Assembly (NCBI RefSeq): GCF_018977255.1
Contig: NW_024704743.1
Span: 11,472,001 to 11,536,000 of the forward strand
Length of the DNA stretch: 64,000 bases
Direction: 5' to 3'
From: Callorhinchus milii
Lineage: Eukaryota
The stretch's first letter is position 1. The number at the start of each line of letters is the position of its first letter. The position numbers and the translations under genes are program-made. The notes under the pieces are model-generated. The model was not told the origin of the DNA. It worked only from the letters and a program-made list of their open reading frames with translations, and did no database searches. Below, in pieces: positions 39,418-52,596 of this stretch.

Positions 39418-39690
39418 CCTTCAGATGTGATGTTTCACTGAAGTCTCGTCTGCCTCGTCAGGTGGTTGTTAAGGATCCCTATTGGAGCACTGTTGGATAA
39501 GAGAAGGGAGTTTCTCCCGGTGTATTACCCAACATAAACCCAGGATAAAAATTGGTTACTGACTTCAGGCCTCTTTGTGGGACATTGCTGTGTGCAAATC
39601 ACATTCACCTACAAAGTACACAGTCACTACACTTTACAGAAAATATTGTGAAGCATTCTGAGACATTTTCCCGATGTGGTATAAAATAGA
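39418..39690 (+). mobile_element. DeuSINE-like SINE
   Basis: ccttcagatgtgatgt...caggtggttgttaaggatccc...gtgggacattgctgtgtgc. Confidence 0.7.
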
Positions 39691-40319
39691 GTGAACTCTG
39701 AATAACTTGTCATTCCAAACAAAAGGAGCTCAGCAACTAGTTTTCCAGAGTGACAAGTTAAATATAGGTCCTCCTGGGCCACAAGGGGTGCTGTGACTGT
39801 TTTGGGAGGCTAGGCGTGCACGCTCAGATGTATGGCGGCCTCTAATCCATTGGAGGGCCGTGCCATGCCCTATCCTGTGGTGCAATAGGGTGGGAGGTGG
39901 GCCAGAAGGCCACAGTGAGATGAGTGGGAGAGGGGGAGAGGTTGGGGCAAGATGGGGTTAGGAGGAGAAAGATGCCCAAAAACTAGATCAGAGAGGAAGG
40001 TCTTAAGTCAGACCTTGAAGGAAGCGAGAGAAATGGTGAGTTAAAGGGGTTGCAGGATGGTGTTCCAGAGAATGGGAACACATATGCTGAGCAGAGGGAA
40101 CAGTGAGGATGATAGGGTTTGAGGAGGTCACAGAGGTATGGTGGGGAAAGACCACAGAGGAATTTAAAGGTTAGGACTGTATCTTGAATTTAAAGGTCTT
40201 GAACTCGATCCTCTGGAGCATAGGGAGCCATTGGAGCCGGGCGAGGGTGGGGGTGGTGCGGGGATGATAGCGCTGTAGGATATATCAAATGGAAAAATTA
40301 TTATTATTATTATTTAAGG

Positions 40320-40631
40320 AGTAGCTCAGTGGTTAGAGTACTCGCCTTACAAGCGAGACACCTGGGTTCAATTCCAGGCAGGGCGAAACCTTGAGCAAGT
40401 TTCCTTACTCCACTCCTGATAATAATCCTTCCAAAAAAAACAAAAACAATAATAAATTGGTCATTTCAATCCATGACTGTTTGTGGGACACTGTTGTGCG
40501 CAATTGGCTGCCACGTGTCGCCCACAAATATACAGTCCATTCACTTTACAGTCTATTCTGTGAAGTGCTTTGAGACGTCTAGAAGACGTGAAAAGTGCTA
40601 TATCAAATGCAAGGATTATTATTATTATTAT
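40320..40631 (+). mobile_element. tRNA-derived SINE (TAGAA-loop subfamily)
   Basis: Head to (TTA)n tail. Confidence 0.9.
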
Positions 40632-41214
40632 AAGGCAAAATGGATTTACAGGCTAAAATTAGCCAAGATTTTGGACAGTGTCTTCAATTTCTTCCCCCCT
40701 TTCCCCCAACCCCATTGTGAACATTTGTGTCATTGAGCCTGACTGCTAATATAGCACTTTACGATCATTTGAGCCCAACACATTTCAGGCGTTGTCCGAA
40801 CGTATTCCTAATTAATTCTCCATTTCTTTTTTATGACAACATTTAATTTGCGAAGCAATAAAAGGATAAACAAGACATTAGTATTCAGGGCAAGTGAGAA
40901 GCAGAAGGAATCGAGCTCTGTTAGAGCTGGTGCCACTGAGTGTGTAAAAAAGCAAAATTAAAATGCATTAATGGCCGATTATTTTATGGGATATCTAAGT
41001 TCAACGACGACTTGCTCCCTGCCCTGTTCTAGTCTGCAGGAGGCTGAGAATGAGATGAGGAGCATTCACACCACTGGTCGATACATGGAGACACCAACCC
41101 GGACAGTGTTTCCGCTTTCAGGAAGTTTCTCAACTGAAAGAGAGAGGGATAAATCAGACGGAAAGATTTGGAAAGGACTGAATAGAATTTCTCTTCCACT
41201 TTTAAAAAAATAAG

Positions 41215-41500
41215 GCCGCCTTTAGATGACACGTTAAACTGAGGCCTGTTCTACTGGACGTTAAAGATCCCTTGATGCTAATCGGAAAGAGAAGAGAGTT
41301 TCTCTCTCCCAGTGTCCTAGCCAATAATCCCCCAAATAAAATTGGTCGTTCACTTCAAGGTTGTTTGTAGGACATTGTTGTGTGCAAATTAGCCTGCTGC
41401 ATTTGCCCTCCACTTTACAGTAGAATCCTGTGAAACGCTTTGAGATGTCCTCTTGAGGTGAAAGGTCTCAGTACATTTGTATCAAATGCAAGGGTTTACT
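41215..41500 (+). mobile_element. DeuSINE-like SINE
   Basis: gccgcctttagatgacacgttaaactgaggcc...gttaaagatccc. Confidence 0.72.
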
Positions 41501-41517
41501 TATTGCTTATTATTATT

Positions 41518-41827
41518 CTGGAGTCCTGTAGCATACTGGGTAGAGCATTAGTCTCGCAAGCGAGTGGACCTGGGTTCGACTCCTGGCCAGGGCAAAAACA
41601 CAGACTAGTTTCGTTACTCCACATGGCTATGTTTACCGAGCAATAAGTAGGAACCTGGTTGTTAGTTAATTGGCGCATCGCTTTCCCGGGGGTAAAAATC
41701 TCTTTAAAATAAATAACAAATTGGTAACTTAATCCACGACTGTTTGTGGGATACTGCTGTGCGCAATTGTCTGCTGCGTTTTGCTCACCAAATATAGTCA
41801 ATTAATTTTACAGTATATTCTGTGAAG
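41518..41827 (+). mobile_element. tRNA-derived SINE (older long form, tail missing)
   Basis: ggagtcctgtagca...gttcgactcc; internal long segment present. Confidence 0.8.
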
Positions 41828-41829
41828 TT

Positions 41830-42075
41830 GAGCTTCCCCCAGAGGAGGGGGTATTAAAAAGGTTGTTGGTGCTCAAGGTAAATAAGTCACCCGGTCCAGG
41901 TGGGATGCATCCTAGGTTACTAAGGGTGAAAATAATGGAGGCTCTGGCAACAATCTTTCAATACTCCTTGGACACTGGGGTTAGTGGCAAAGGACTGGAG
42001 GATTGCAAATGTTACTCCACTGTACAAAAAAGGGCAGAAGGATAAACCTGGGAACTGCAGGACAGTCAGCCACTA
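41830..42075 (+). mobile_element. CR1 RT N-terminal fragment
   Basis: KSPGPGGMHPRLL...EALATIFQYSLDTG...DWRIANVTPLYKKG. Confidence 0.8.
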
Positions 42076-42169
42076 ATCCCAGCGCCTTGGGATATCCTCC
42101 CAACGTGAAAGGTGCTATACAAATATAATCTTGTTATTGGTGTTGTAATTTGCACTTGAGCAGAAAGCC

Positions 42170-45100
42170 CAGCAGTGTGAGGAGGGAAATGAGTGAGGTG
42201 GAAAAGAGTGAGAATTCTGTTAAGGAATTTGGTGAGAGTGGGAATTTGGTGCAGAGGGGGAAAGAGGTGCATAATTGTAAAATATATAATATTTATATTA
42301 ATATAAAATATGTCTGGGAATATGGCAGGGCAGCTTGCATGCACAATGTGTGCCATGTAGGAACCCCAGGATCCTTTGTGTGCCTGGCTGCTCGAGCTTG
42401 AGCTCAGCACTTCTGAGCTCGAGGGGAGGCTGGTGTCGCTACATAGATGCTGAAGAGTTCATGGATCAAACGTTTCAGCAGGTTGTCACCCCACAGCCAC
42501 AGAGGGTTCAGAAGGAGAATGAGTGGGTGACCACCCGGCATGGTAGGAAGAAGGGATGGGCAGTGCAGAAATCCCCTGAGAATGTGGCACTCACAAACCA
42601 GTTCTCTGTACTGAATACCGGTCAGGGCGATGACACCTCTGGAAAGGGGAGTCAAAAGCAAATGGAAGCACAAGAGGACACAGGAAAAAGCGTCAATGTA
42701 ATTGTCATTGGGGACACAATGGTGAAAGGAGTAGACAGGCGTTTCTGCAACCAAAGACATGACTCTGGTATGTTGTCTCCCAGGTGCCAGGGTTGAACAC
42801 ATCATGGAACAGGTGCAAAATGTTCTATAGGGGGAAGGGGAACATCCAGAAGTTGTGCTGCATGTTGGGATCCATGATGTAGGGAAAAAAAAGCTGAGAT
42901 CCTACAGGGAGAGTATCAGAAACTATGGAAAAAGCTAAAGAGTAGGAATTCAAAGGTGGTGATCTCTGGATTATTCCCAGTGCCTCGTGCAAGTGAGTAT
43001 CAAAACAGCACGATCAAACACATGAGTGCATGGCTGGAGAAATAGTGCAGAAAGGAGGGCTTCGGGTTCCTGGATCATTGGGACCAGTTCTGGGGCAGGC
43101 GGGACCTGTACAAGGTGGATGGGTTACACCTGAATAGCAGCTGGGACCAATGTCCTCGCAGGGAGGTTAACTAGTGCTATGGGGAAGGGTTTAAACCAAC
43201 TGTGAAGGGGGAAGGGAACCAGGATGTAGTGTTAAGAGAGGACAAACAAGTTACATCGAGGGCTGGGAGAGACGAATAGCAATGTAATAAAGAGTAATCC
43301 AGAAAGGATGGATTAGATGAGGGAGAAATGCAGAACAGACTCAGTCGGTCTTGGAGTGCATGTGCGTAGATGCAGAGTGTGACAAATGAGGTTGGTGAGC
43401 TGCAGGCTCAAGTTGCCACATGGGGTTATGATATAATGGCAATAACTGAGACTTGGCTCAAACAAGGGCTGGAATGGGAGCTGAATATTCCTGGCTATAA
43501 TGTATTCAGGAGGGATAGGAAAGGAAAACAAGAAGGGGGGCTGGCAATATTGATTAAAAACATGGAAAGGGATGATGTGTTAGAGTTAAGGAGCAGAAAA
43601 GGAGCTGTTACTTTGTTAGGTGTAAATTATAGACCACCAGATAGTAGGAAGGAGATAGATGAGCAAATCTACAAGCAGATTTCAGAAAGATGCAAAACCA
43701 AAAGAGTAGTGATAATGGGAGACTTCAATTATCCTAACATAGACTGACAAAATAAGAGCGTAAAGAGCAAGGAGGGGGAAGGATTCCTGAAATATGTGCA
43801 GGATAACTTTCTGGATCAGTACATTTCCAGTCCAATGAGGAAGGAAGCGGTGCTGGATCTAGTTCTGGGGAATCAAGTGGGGCAAGTGGAGCAGGTTTCA
43901 GTATGAGAGTATTTGGACAACAGTGATCACAACATCATTAGGTTTAGAGTACTTATGGAAAGGGATAAGGAGCAATCAAAGGTGAAGATACTCAACTAGA
44001 AGAGGGCTAATTTCAGTGAGTTAAAAGGGGACCTGGCCAAGGTGGACGGGAAAAATAGATTGGCAGGTAAAACACCTAACGAGCAACGGGAAGCCTTCAA
44101 GGAGGAGATAGTTCAGGGACAGAACAAATACATTTCCACAAATGGGAAAGGTAGGGCATCCAAACCTCCCGGGGTGGTGCCAGAGGACTGGAGGGTTGCA
44201 AATGTTATTCCCCTGTACAAAAAGCGGCAGAAGGATAAACCTGGGAACTACAAGTCAGTCAGCCTAATGTCAGTTGTGGGGAATCTTCTAGAGACTATAA
44301 TCTGGGTCAAAATAAATTTTTACTTAGAAAAATATGGGTTAATAAAGGACAGCCAACACAAGTTTCTTAAAGGAAAATCATGTCTAACAAACCTTGTAGA
44401 GTAACTGAGAGGTTGGATGAAGGTAGTGCAGTTGATATAGTTTATATGGATTTTCAAAAAGCATTTGATAAAGTGCCACATAAGAGACTTGCAAGTAAAA
44501 TAGAAGCCCATGGTATTAAAAGGGACATGGATACAGAACTGACTGGGAGACAGAAAACAGAGTGGTGGTGAATGGTTGTTTTTCTGACTGGAGGAAAGTG
44601 TGCAGTGGTGTCCCTCCGGGGTCGGTATTAGGACCACTGCTGTTTTTGATCTATATAAATGACCTGGACTTGGGTATAGAATTGGTATACAATTTCCAAG
44701 TTTGCAGATGATACTAAGCTAGGAAAAGTAGTAAACAATGCAGAGGATAGTAGCAGACTGCAAATGGATATAGACAGACTGGTAAAATGGGCAGACACGC
44801 GGCAGATGAAGTTCAATGTGGAGAAATGTGAAGTGATGAATTTGGGGAGGAAGAATGAGGAGAAGCAACATAAACTAGATGGTTGAATCTTAAAAGGGGG
44901 TGAGGGAACAGAGATACGTGGGGGTTCATATAAGGAAATGTTTGAAGGTGCAGGACAGGTAGATAAAGCTGTTAAAAAGCATATGGGATACTAGGCTTTA
45001 TAAATAGGGGCATAGAATACAAAAGTCAGGAAGTCATGATGAACCTTTATAAAGCACTGGTTAGGCCTCAGCGAGAGACTGGGTTCAGTTCTGGGCATCA

Positions 45101-45566
45101 CACATTAGGAAGGATGTCAAGGCATTGGAGAGGGTGCGAAGGAGATTTACCAGGAATGAGAGACTTCAGTTATCAGAGAGGATAGAGAAGCTGGGATTAT
45201 TCTCCTTGAAGCAGAGATAGTTAAGAGGAGACTTAATAGAAGTTTTCAAAATTGTGAGGGGATTCAATAGAGTGAACAAGGAGAAATTATTTCCACTGGC
45301 GGGTGGATTGGTAACCCGAGGACAAAGACTTAAAATAGTTGTTAAAAGAAACAGAGGGGAGGTAAGGAAATTTTTTTCCACACAGCGAGTTGTTTGGATC
45401 TGGAATGCATTGCCTGAAAGTGTGGTGGAAGCCAATTCGATAACAACTTTTAAGAGAGAAGTAGATAATTATTTAGGGAGGACAAGTTTGCAGGGTTCAT
45501 GGGATTGAATTGGATAGCTCTTTTCAAAGAGTCGGCACAGACACGATGGGCCAAATGGCCTCATTC
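42170..45566 (+). mobile_element. Near-full-length CR1 LINE, dead (ORF1 esterase plus ORF2 APE-RT, internal deletion at about 44165)
   Basis: ORF1: VIVIGDTMVKG, PGARV, LHVGIHD, DGLHLN. ORF2: [65 protein letters not shown]. 3' UTR present. Confidence 0.93.
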
Positions 45567-45904
45567 TTTGCGCTTTGAGATGTCTCAAAGACATGATAAG
45601 GTGCTATATCAAATAATAGAATTATTATTAATATTATGATGCTGATGTTATTACAATTAAATCACACGGTGGAGGTAGTTTCTTAATGATTTCAGTGATG
45701 GGTCAGCCAGACCAATAACATTGGCAATTACATAAGAATGGATGTTACTTTTCTTAGAATGTTTGAACTTACTAAAATAATTAATAATATTATAAAATCA
45801 CCATCATTATCCACCGGAGCTAATGGCATTCCGATTTCAATCTCTGGTTCTTTCTCCTTTCCCCACGAGGAAAGAGACCCTAAACAGAGGCCCTTTTGGA
45901 GTAA

Positions 45905-46131
45905 GTGAGAGGACCCGGGTTCAATTCCCCTGCAGGGCGAAACCTCAGGCAAGTTTCCTTAGTCCACATGCTTCGGTTTACCTAGAAGTAAGTAGGAACC
46001 TGGTTGTTAGTCGATTGGTGGATTGCCTTCTGTGGGTAATAATCTCTAACAACACAATACAGTATATTATGTGAAGCGCTTTGAGATGTCTTAATGACGT
46101 GATAAGGCACAATATCAAATGCAAGAATTAT
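45905..46131 (+). mobile_element. tRNA-derived SINE (older, deleted)
   Basis: B box, long internal segment and tail. Confidence 0.75.
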
Positions 46132-46133
46132 TA

Positions 46134-46307
46134 CAGTAAAATCCGCATAAATCTGATCTGTATAAATCGTATGCGTCTAAGTCGAACACCTGTACAAGTC
46201 CTAGTGAATTTCCTATAACCTATGCAAGTTTGACTTAACTCATACTTTACATAGCTCATATTAAATGTATGGTCCCAACTGATATGACTTAAGTTTGAGT
46301 TTTATTG
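46134..46307. mobile_element. Probable Tc1-mariner/pogo(Tigger)-like MITE
   Basis: Starts TA|CAGTAAAATCCGCATAAATC and ends GACTTAAGTTTGAGTTTTATTG (imperfect TIRs); 174 bp with no ORF. Confidence 0.5.
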
Positions 46308-46309
46308 TC

Positions 46310-46405
46310 AGAACATAAGAGCATAAGAAGAGCATAAGAATTTGCTAGGTGAAAGAAGACCAAGGTCCATCTAGTTCGCCTTCCACCATCTTGGCAGTCG
46401 CATAC
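46310..46405 (-). mobile_element. CR1-like 3' end with (TTCTTATG)-type tail
   Basis: cataaga repeats then gaccaaggtccatcta; a second copy lies at 63873-63955. Confidence 0.65.
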
Positions 46406-46737
46406 GTATGTCGTGACCCAAACTATGTACCCAAATCCTTGTGTTTAACGTGGCTCCTACAACATGAGAACAAACTCAAAATCTTTACAACAGGTACTAT
46501 GACTGTATTTTGTAGACTAACGTGGCAGCCAATTTATGCACAGCAACATCCCACAAACGGCCATGAAGTGAGTGACCAATTTTTATCTGTTGGGGATTTA
46601 TTGGCCTACGGACTGGGAGATACTCCTTTCACTTTTCAAGTCTTCAATATCCAGCTGAACAGGCAGACGGGACTCCGTTAGAGTTAGAGTGAACTTCAGA
46701 TGCAGTTGGTATGACCTGCTCTCACCACAAGGATTAA

Positions 46738-47080
46738 ATAATAATAATCCTCATTTGATATAGATCTTTATCACATTAGAGACGTCTCAAAGCACTTCAT
46801 TGAAAATACTGTAGAGTGAATTGACTGTATATTTTGTGGGCAAAACATGGCAGCCAATTGTGCCCAGCGGTGTCCTACAAACAATCATAGATTGAATGAC
46901 CACTTTTTTTTTAAAAAGGGATTATTACCCCTGAAAACAATCTGCAATTAACTAACAACTGGGTTCCTACTTATTGCTAGGTAAACAGAGGTGTGTGGAG
47001 TAAGGAAACTTGCCCAAGAATCAAACCTTGGTCCTCCCACTTGCGAGAAGACTTCTCTAACTACGCTATGATACTCCACA
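46738..47080 (-). mobile_element. tRNA-derived SINE (older long form)
   Basis: Reverse-complement tail, body and degraded head. Confidence 0.8.
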
Positions 47081-48204
47081 ATTGTGTGTCTTCTCCAGCA
47101 AAGTAATACATTAAGCCGCAAAGCACATTGAGTGTTTAACAGCAGGGGCTGCTGGCTGACTAAGCAATGATGATAAGATGGGAGTGGGGGAGGGGATGTG
47201 AGTAAGGGACAGTGGTGGGGTGGGGATGGGAGTGGGGGACAGTAGTAGTGGTGAGGGGGATGGGTGAGGTGGGGGAATGCAGGTGGTGGTGAAAGAGCTT
47301 TAAATTCTGCTGGGAATCAGGGGATTTTAGCAGGCTGGTGTAAACAGCTTACTGTAAGCTCCTGTCACTTTGCGCTGCTGTGTAAATGCATGGAGCGTGC
47401 CAGGCTGGCACTGCATAGGACAACACAGCACAGAGCTGCTCCCTGGCTCATCAGCCAGGTCGGGGTAGAGAAGAATATAAATGATGTGGCAGCACATTCA
47501 GGTCAGATCAATGTAATCTCACTGGATAAACCAACTGATTCTAGAATACACAAGCAACCCCCTCCCGCCCACCCACCTACACACCCCGCACACACCTCTT
47601 GACAGCTAGGCTCCTGAGTTTCCCCGGTGACCTGGTCAACAATCCCCCTGCATAAAAATTGTTCATTCACTTCAGACCTCTTTGTGAGGCATTACTGTGG
47701 CTGCTATGTTTGAGTAAATGGTTGCTACACTTCACAGTAAAAATCTGGTGAAGCGCTTTGATACGTTTTGACGACATGATAAGGCAAGGCTGTATAAGCC
47801 AAGTATCAAATGCAGGGCTGGTCGTGTGTCAACTTATCTCCTCTATGAGCCAAGGGTTAACCCACCTTCTCCCCTCATCCCTCGTTCAGCAAACTGAGCC
47901 CTTCTTTGTGAAGCAATTAATAATGGTTAATAATAGTAATAATAATCCTAATATTTGATACAGGGCCTCATCACATCATCAAGACATCTCAAAGCACTTC
48001 ACAGAATGTACTGTTAAGTGGATTGAATGTGTATGTTTGTGGGCATACACAGCAGCAAATTGCGCACAGCAATATCCCACAACCAGCCAAGGAGTGAGTG
48101 ATTAATTTTATCTGGGGGATTGTTAGCTTGTTGTAAACTATTGCTGCTGCATTATGCCCACTGCAATCCACTTGGATTGAAGCTCCAAGTCAGGCCTTTC
48201 AACT

Positions 48205-48540
48205 GACAGTCTAGTCTGACCTTCTGATACAGTGCTGGGGGGAGCCTCCGCTGCATTGTTGGAGTTCATTCAGATGTTATGTTAAAGCCTGCCTATTCAG
48301 CTGGACATTTAAAGATCCTGTGGCATTATTCGAAAAGAGTTCTTTTCAGTGACATAGCCAACAATTCCCCTAGATAAAATTTGTCAGTTGTGTCATGACA
48401 TTGCTGTGGGCAAATAGGCTACCATGTTCACCTACAAAACACACAGTCACTGTACTTTAGAAAAGATCCTGTGAAGTGCTTTGAGACATCCTCCTGACAT
48501 GAAAGACGCTTTATCAAATGCAAGGATTATTGTTCTTGTT
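48205..48540 (+). mobile_element. DeuSINE-like SINE
   Basis: Deu-like core and hairpin tail gagacatcctcctgacatgaaagacgct. Confidence 0.7.
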
Positions 48541-49129
48541 AACTGTTCACCTCATTCTATGCCTGCTCTACATTCCCTCTTAACAGTTATAAAGCAGATA
48601 CTCAGTTGTCTTTTGAGTAGCTTGGTTCTGTAGCGTCAGGTAGATTGTTGGGAGAATATGTCCCACGAATGTCTCTGTGATGGAAAGAAAATTGCTTCTA
48701 ACTTTGCACAAGGTTTGCTAATTACAAAACCTCTTATTTCCTGGTCTCACCATTTTAGTCGCCTCGCTTGCTTGCTCACACCTGCAACACTCACATAAAG
48801 ACATTTGCAAAGCAATTAATTAGGCGCTGGCAGCTCCTATTCAGCATTAAGCAGTATTGGCTGGATTTGGCTGCTAAGGAGATTAAGTCGCTCAGAAGAA
48901 ACTCTTGTTACCTTCACTTGGCTGCACAAGCTGGCGCTCTCCCTGTCCCAGCAAGACGTCACTCCACGAGAATGACACGTCGGCAAGTGATGGTCAGTAG
49001 GTTAATAAAAGCAATGATTATAATAATTCTCCTTGCACTTGTACAGCACCTTTCATGCCAAGACGATGTTCAAAGCATTTAGAATAATAATCTTTGCACT
49101 TGATATAGCTCCTTTGTCGTATTGTCGAG

Positions 49130-51611
49130 ACAACAACAACAAAATTACATTTATAGAGCACCTTTTACGTCGGGAGGATGTCCCAAAGCGCTGAACAGTC
49201 AGGTGCCGGGGCCCGAACATGGGGGAGGGGTGGTGTAGGGGTGAGGGAAGGCAGAGAGGCGGGAGGGAGACCAAAGGCACGGTCGAAGAGAAGGGTCTTG
49301 AGACTGGCCTTGAAGGAGGCAAGGGAGGAAGCGAGGTGAAGGGACCATGGGAAGGAGTTCCAGAGTGTGGGGGCAGAGAGGCTGAAAGCCCGGCCACCGA
49401 TGGTATGGCGGGTTGGGCGGGAGACATGGAGCAGGCCAGAGCCCGATGAACAGAGGGAGCGAGCAGGTTGGTAGTGAGTCAGAAGGTCAAAGAGGTAGGA
49501 GAGGGCAAGGCCATGGATGGCCTTAAAGGTGAGGACGAGGATCTTGAACTCGATCCTCTGGAGGATGGGGAGCCAGTGGTGTCGGGCGAGGGTGGGAGTG
49601 ATGGGGTCACGGAGCCTGATGGGTGAGAGTACACGAGCTGCAGAGTCTTGGATGATCTGCAGCTTGTGAAGGGAAGAATTGGGAAGGCCGATGAGGAGGG
49701 AGTTCCTGTAATCGAGCCTTGTGGTGATAAATGCATGGGTGAGGGTTTCAGCAGCCTGAGAGGTGAGGCAGTGGCGGAGTCTGGCAGTGTTGCAGAGGTG
49801 GTGGGAGGCAATGCTGGTCATGGCGCGGATGTGGTGGAGAAAGGACAGTTCAGGGAAAAAAATAAGACACCCAGGTTCCTGACTGGCTTAGTGAGGTTGA
49901 GTGTGCAGCCATGGAGGCTGATGCTGCCAGCGCCTGAGGTGCGGAGACGCTGGTGCGAGCCAATCAGGAGGGCTTCGGTCTTGCTGACGTTGAGTTGCAG
50001 AAAGTTGGCCCTCGTCCAGGAATTGATGTTGGACAGGCAGTCGGTCAGGACGCCAGTAGTTCTGGAGTTGAGGGTGGAGGCAGAGAGATAGAGTTGCATG
50101 TTATCCGTATACATGCGGAAATGTACCCCATGTCTGCGGATGACTTCACCAAGGGGGAGCATGTAGAGGGTAAAGAGGAGGGGACCGAGTTCAGAGCCCA
50201 GAGAAACACCACACAACATGGTGCGGGGGCTGGAAGAGAAGCCATTTGCTGCGACAAAGTGGAGACAGTGTGAAAGGTAGGACTTGAACCAGTCAAGGAC
50301 AGAACCTTGAAGGTTCTTGCTCCCCCCTGCTCGGGTCCTGACCCAACTGTACAGTGCCTTGGGATGTCCTCCCGACGTGAAAGGCGCTCTATAAATGGAA
50401 TTTTATTGTTGTTGCTGTTGTTGTTGAGGTGGGAAGAGAGGCGGTGGAGGAGGATTGAGTGGTCCAAGGTGTCAAGGCGGCGAGAGGTCGAGGAGGACGA
50501 GGAGGCAGAGGGAGCCCTGGCCACACATGGTCAGGATGTCATTTGTGACCTTGACCAGAGCAGTTTCTGTGCTGTGCGCAGCATGGAAACCTGATTGGAG
50601 GGGCTCATGGAGGGAGTGAGAGGAGAGGAAAGAGCGAAGCTGGGAGGCAATGACTCTCTCAAGGACCTTGGATAGAAAGGGTAGATTTGAGATGAGCCAG
50701 TAGCTAGATAGCTGTGACGGGTCGAGGGAAGGTTTCTTCAGGGTGGGGGTGATGGTGGCTGTTTTGAGTGGGGAAGGAACAGTGCCAGATGACAGGGAGA
50801 GGTTAATGATGTCCGCGAGTAGTGGTTGCAAGGAGGTGGAGCTGAGATTTAAAGGGAGGGGTAGGGATGGGTTTGAGGGAGCAAGTGGTGGACTTCATGG
50901 AGGTTACCGTGTTGAAGACAGAGGAGGAGGTGACAGATTCAAATGTGTGGAAGGAGGGATGGATAATTGTCGGATGGGTAATTGTGTGGGTTGGGGGTAG
51001 GGACGGGGTGGAAGTTGGGAGGGCAGTGGCAGTTGAGCGGATTCCCTCGATTTTGGACTCAAGGATGTCCAGCATTTTCTCGCAGTGAGAATCGGAGGAA
51101 AGTATCTGCGAGGCATGTCGGGGAGGGCGGAGGAGCAGGTTAGTGGTGGAGAACAGGAGCCTGGGATTGCCTTTCACCTCCAGGATTAACCTGGAATAGA
51201 AAGATGATTTGGCCGAGGCGAGAGCGTTCTTGAGTAGTTCTTGATGAGGTCCAGCCAGATATGGCGGTGGACTGTTAGGCTGGACTTGAGCCAAGTGCGT
51301 TTGGCAGCCCACACCTGGCCCTTAAGCGAGCCGAGGTGGCTGGAGAAACAGGGTGAGGATCGGGAATAGGATGCAGTTCGGGAGGTGAGGGGACAAGGAC
51401 ATCAAGTGTAGTGGAGAGGGTGCTGTGGAGAAGAGTGAGTGCAGCGAGTGGGTTGGTGCGAGAGGTGGGCCAGAGGGGGAGGAGTTCACAGGACTCCAGG
51501 GCAGCGGAGAGGGATTGCGGGGAGATCTTCTTCCACGGGTGGTAGAAGATGGTGATAGGTTTGGTGGCAGTGGGGAGAGGGATATGGGAGTTGAGGGAGA
51601 TGAAATGGTGA
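49130..51611 (-). mobile_element. Longest L2 copy (end of endonuclease domain to 3' tail), inserted in a SINE
   Basis: ALASAKSSFYSRLI...[30 protein letters not shown] (degenerate YADD), RLDYRNSLLIGLP, GGRAFSLSAPTLWNS; (CAA)n tail. Confidence 0.93.
50316..50425 (+). mobile_element. Young L2 3' stub nested antisense in the older L2
   Basis: ccctgctcgggtcctgacccaactgtacag...gtgaaaggcgctc nearly identical to 29069-29135; host sequence resumes at gttgagg. Confidence 0.88.
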
Positions 51612-51905
51612 CTGTAAAGTAGATTAACTGTATATTTTGAGGACAAAACACGGCAACCATTTGTGCACAACAGTCATGGATTGACTGATCGACTGTGACC
51701 AAATTATTGTGATTATGTTTTTGAAGGGATTATTATCCCCGGAAAAGCATTCCCACAATCAACTAACAGCCGGATTCCTACTTACTGCTAGGTAAACAGA
51801 GGCATGTGGATTAAGGAAACTTGCCTAAGGTTTTGCCCCATCCAGGGATTGCACCCAGGTCCTCTCAGGTAGGCAAGTACTCTAACCAGTACACTATAGG
51901 AGTCC
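51612..51905 (-). mobile_element. tRNA-derived SINE head and body (probable tail at 49083-49129)
   Basis: Ends at ctttacagt, abutting the L2 5' end. Confidence 0.8.
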
Positions 51906-52042
51906 AGGGTTCAATTTAAAGTGTAGTGGCTGTATGTTTTGTAGGTGATCAGCACAGAGTGACCATACCACTTTGATTGAAGGCAATTCCAGGCTTACTG
52001 TAGCTTCCTGCAATTGATTATAGGATGATACCATTAGCCAAT

Positions 52043-52488
52043 GTCAGCCTGGCATAGTGGTAGCACTCTCGCCTCTTAGTTAGGTTGTGGGTTCAAGCCC
52101 TGAATCGAGACTTTGAACTCACATATTCTAGCCTGACACTCAATACACTGCTGGTACCCCATTGTCGTATTGTCGGAGGTGCCATCCTTTAGGTGAGACT
52201 TTAAACTAAGGCCCCATCTGTTCAGGTGGACGTTAATAATCTATTCAAAAATAGAAGGGAGTTTCCCCGGTGTCCTGGCCAACAATCCCCCAAATAAAAT
52301 TGGTCATTTGTTTCAGGGCTGTTTGTGGACATTGCTGTATGCAAACTGGCTGCTGCATTCACCACAAAATACACAGTCACTACAATGAATCTACATGAAT
52401 GAATTTACAATGAATCTTGTGAAACTCTCGGAAATGTCTTCCTGATGTGAAAGGTTCTATGTTGAATGCAAGGATTAATATTATTATT
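52043..52488 (+). mobile_element. Full-length DeuSINE (SacSINE1-like): tRNA head, Deu domain, L2 tail
   Basis: gtcagcctggcatagtggtagcactctcgcctc...gggttcaagccc...ggaggtgccatcctttaggtgagac...caggtggacgtt...; family assignment is from recalled consensus. Confidence 0.75.
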
Positions 52489-52596
52489 AATGTGGAATGC
52501 CCTACTGGGTGTGTGTTAGCTTTTAAAAGGGAACTAGATAGATATCTAACAAGGAAAAACCTGAAGAGTATGTATGTCTGTGTGTGTGTGTGTACA

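Noticed and set aside
39776..39862. CTCF-like motif and small GC hairpin
   Set aside because: The motif match needs a gap and the hairpin is short; not distinguishable from chance.
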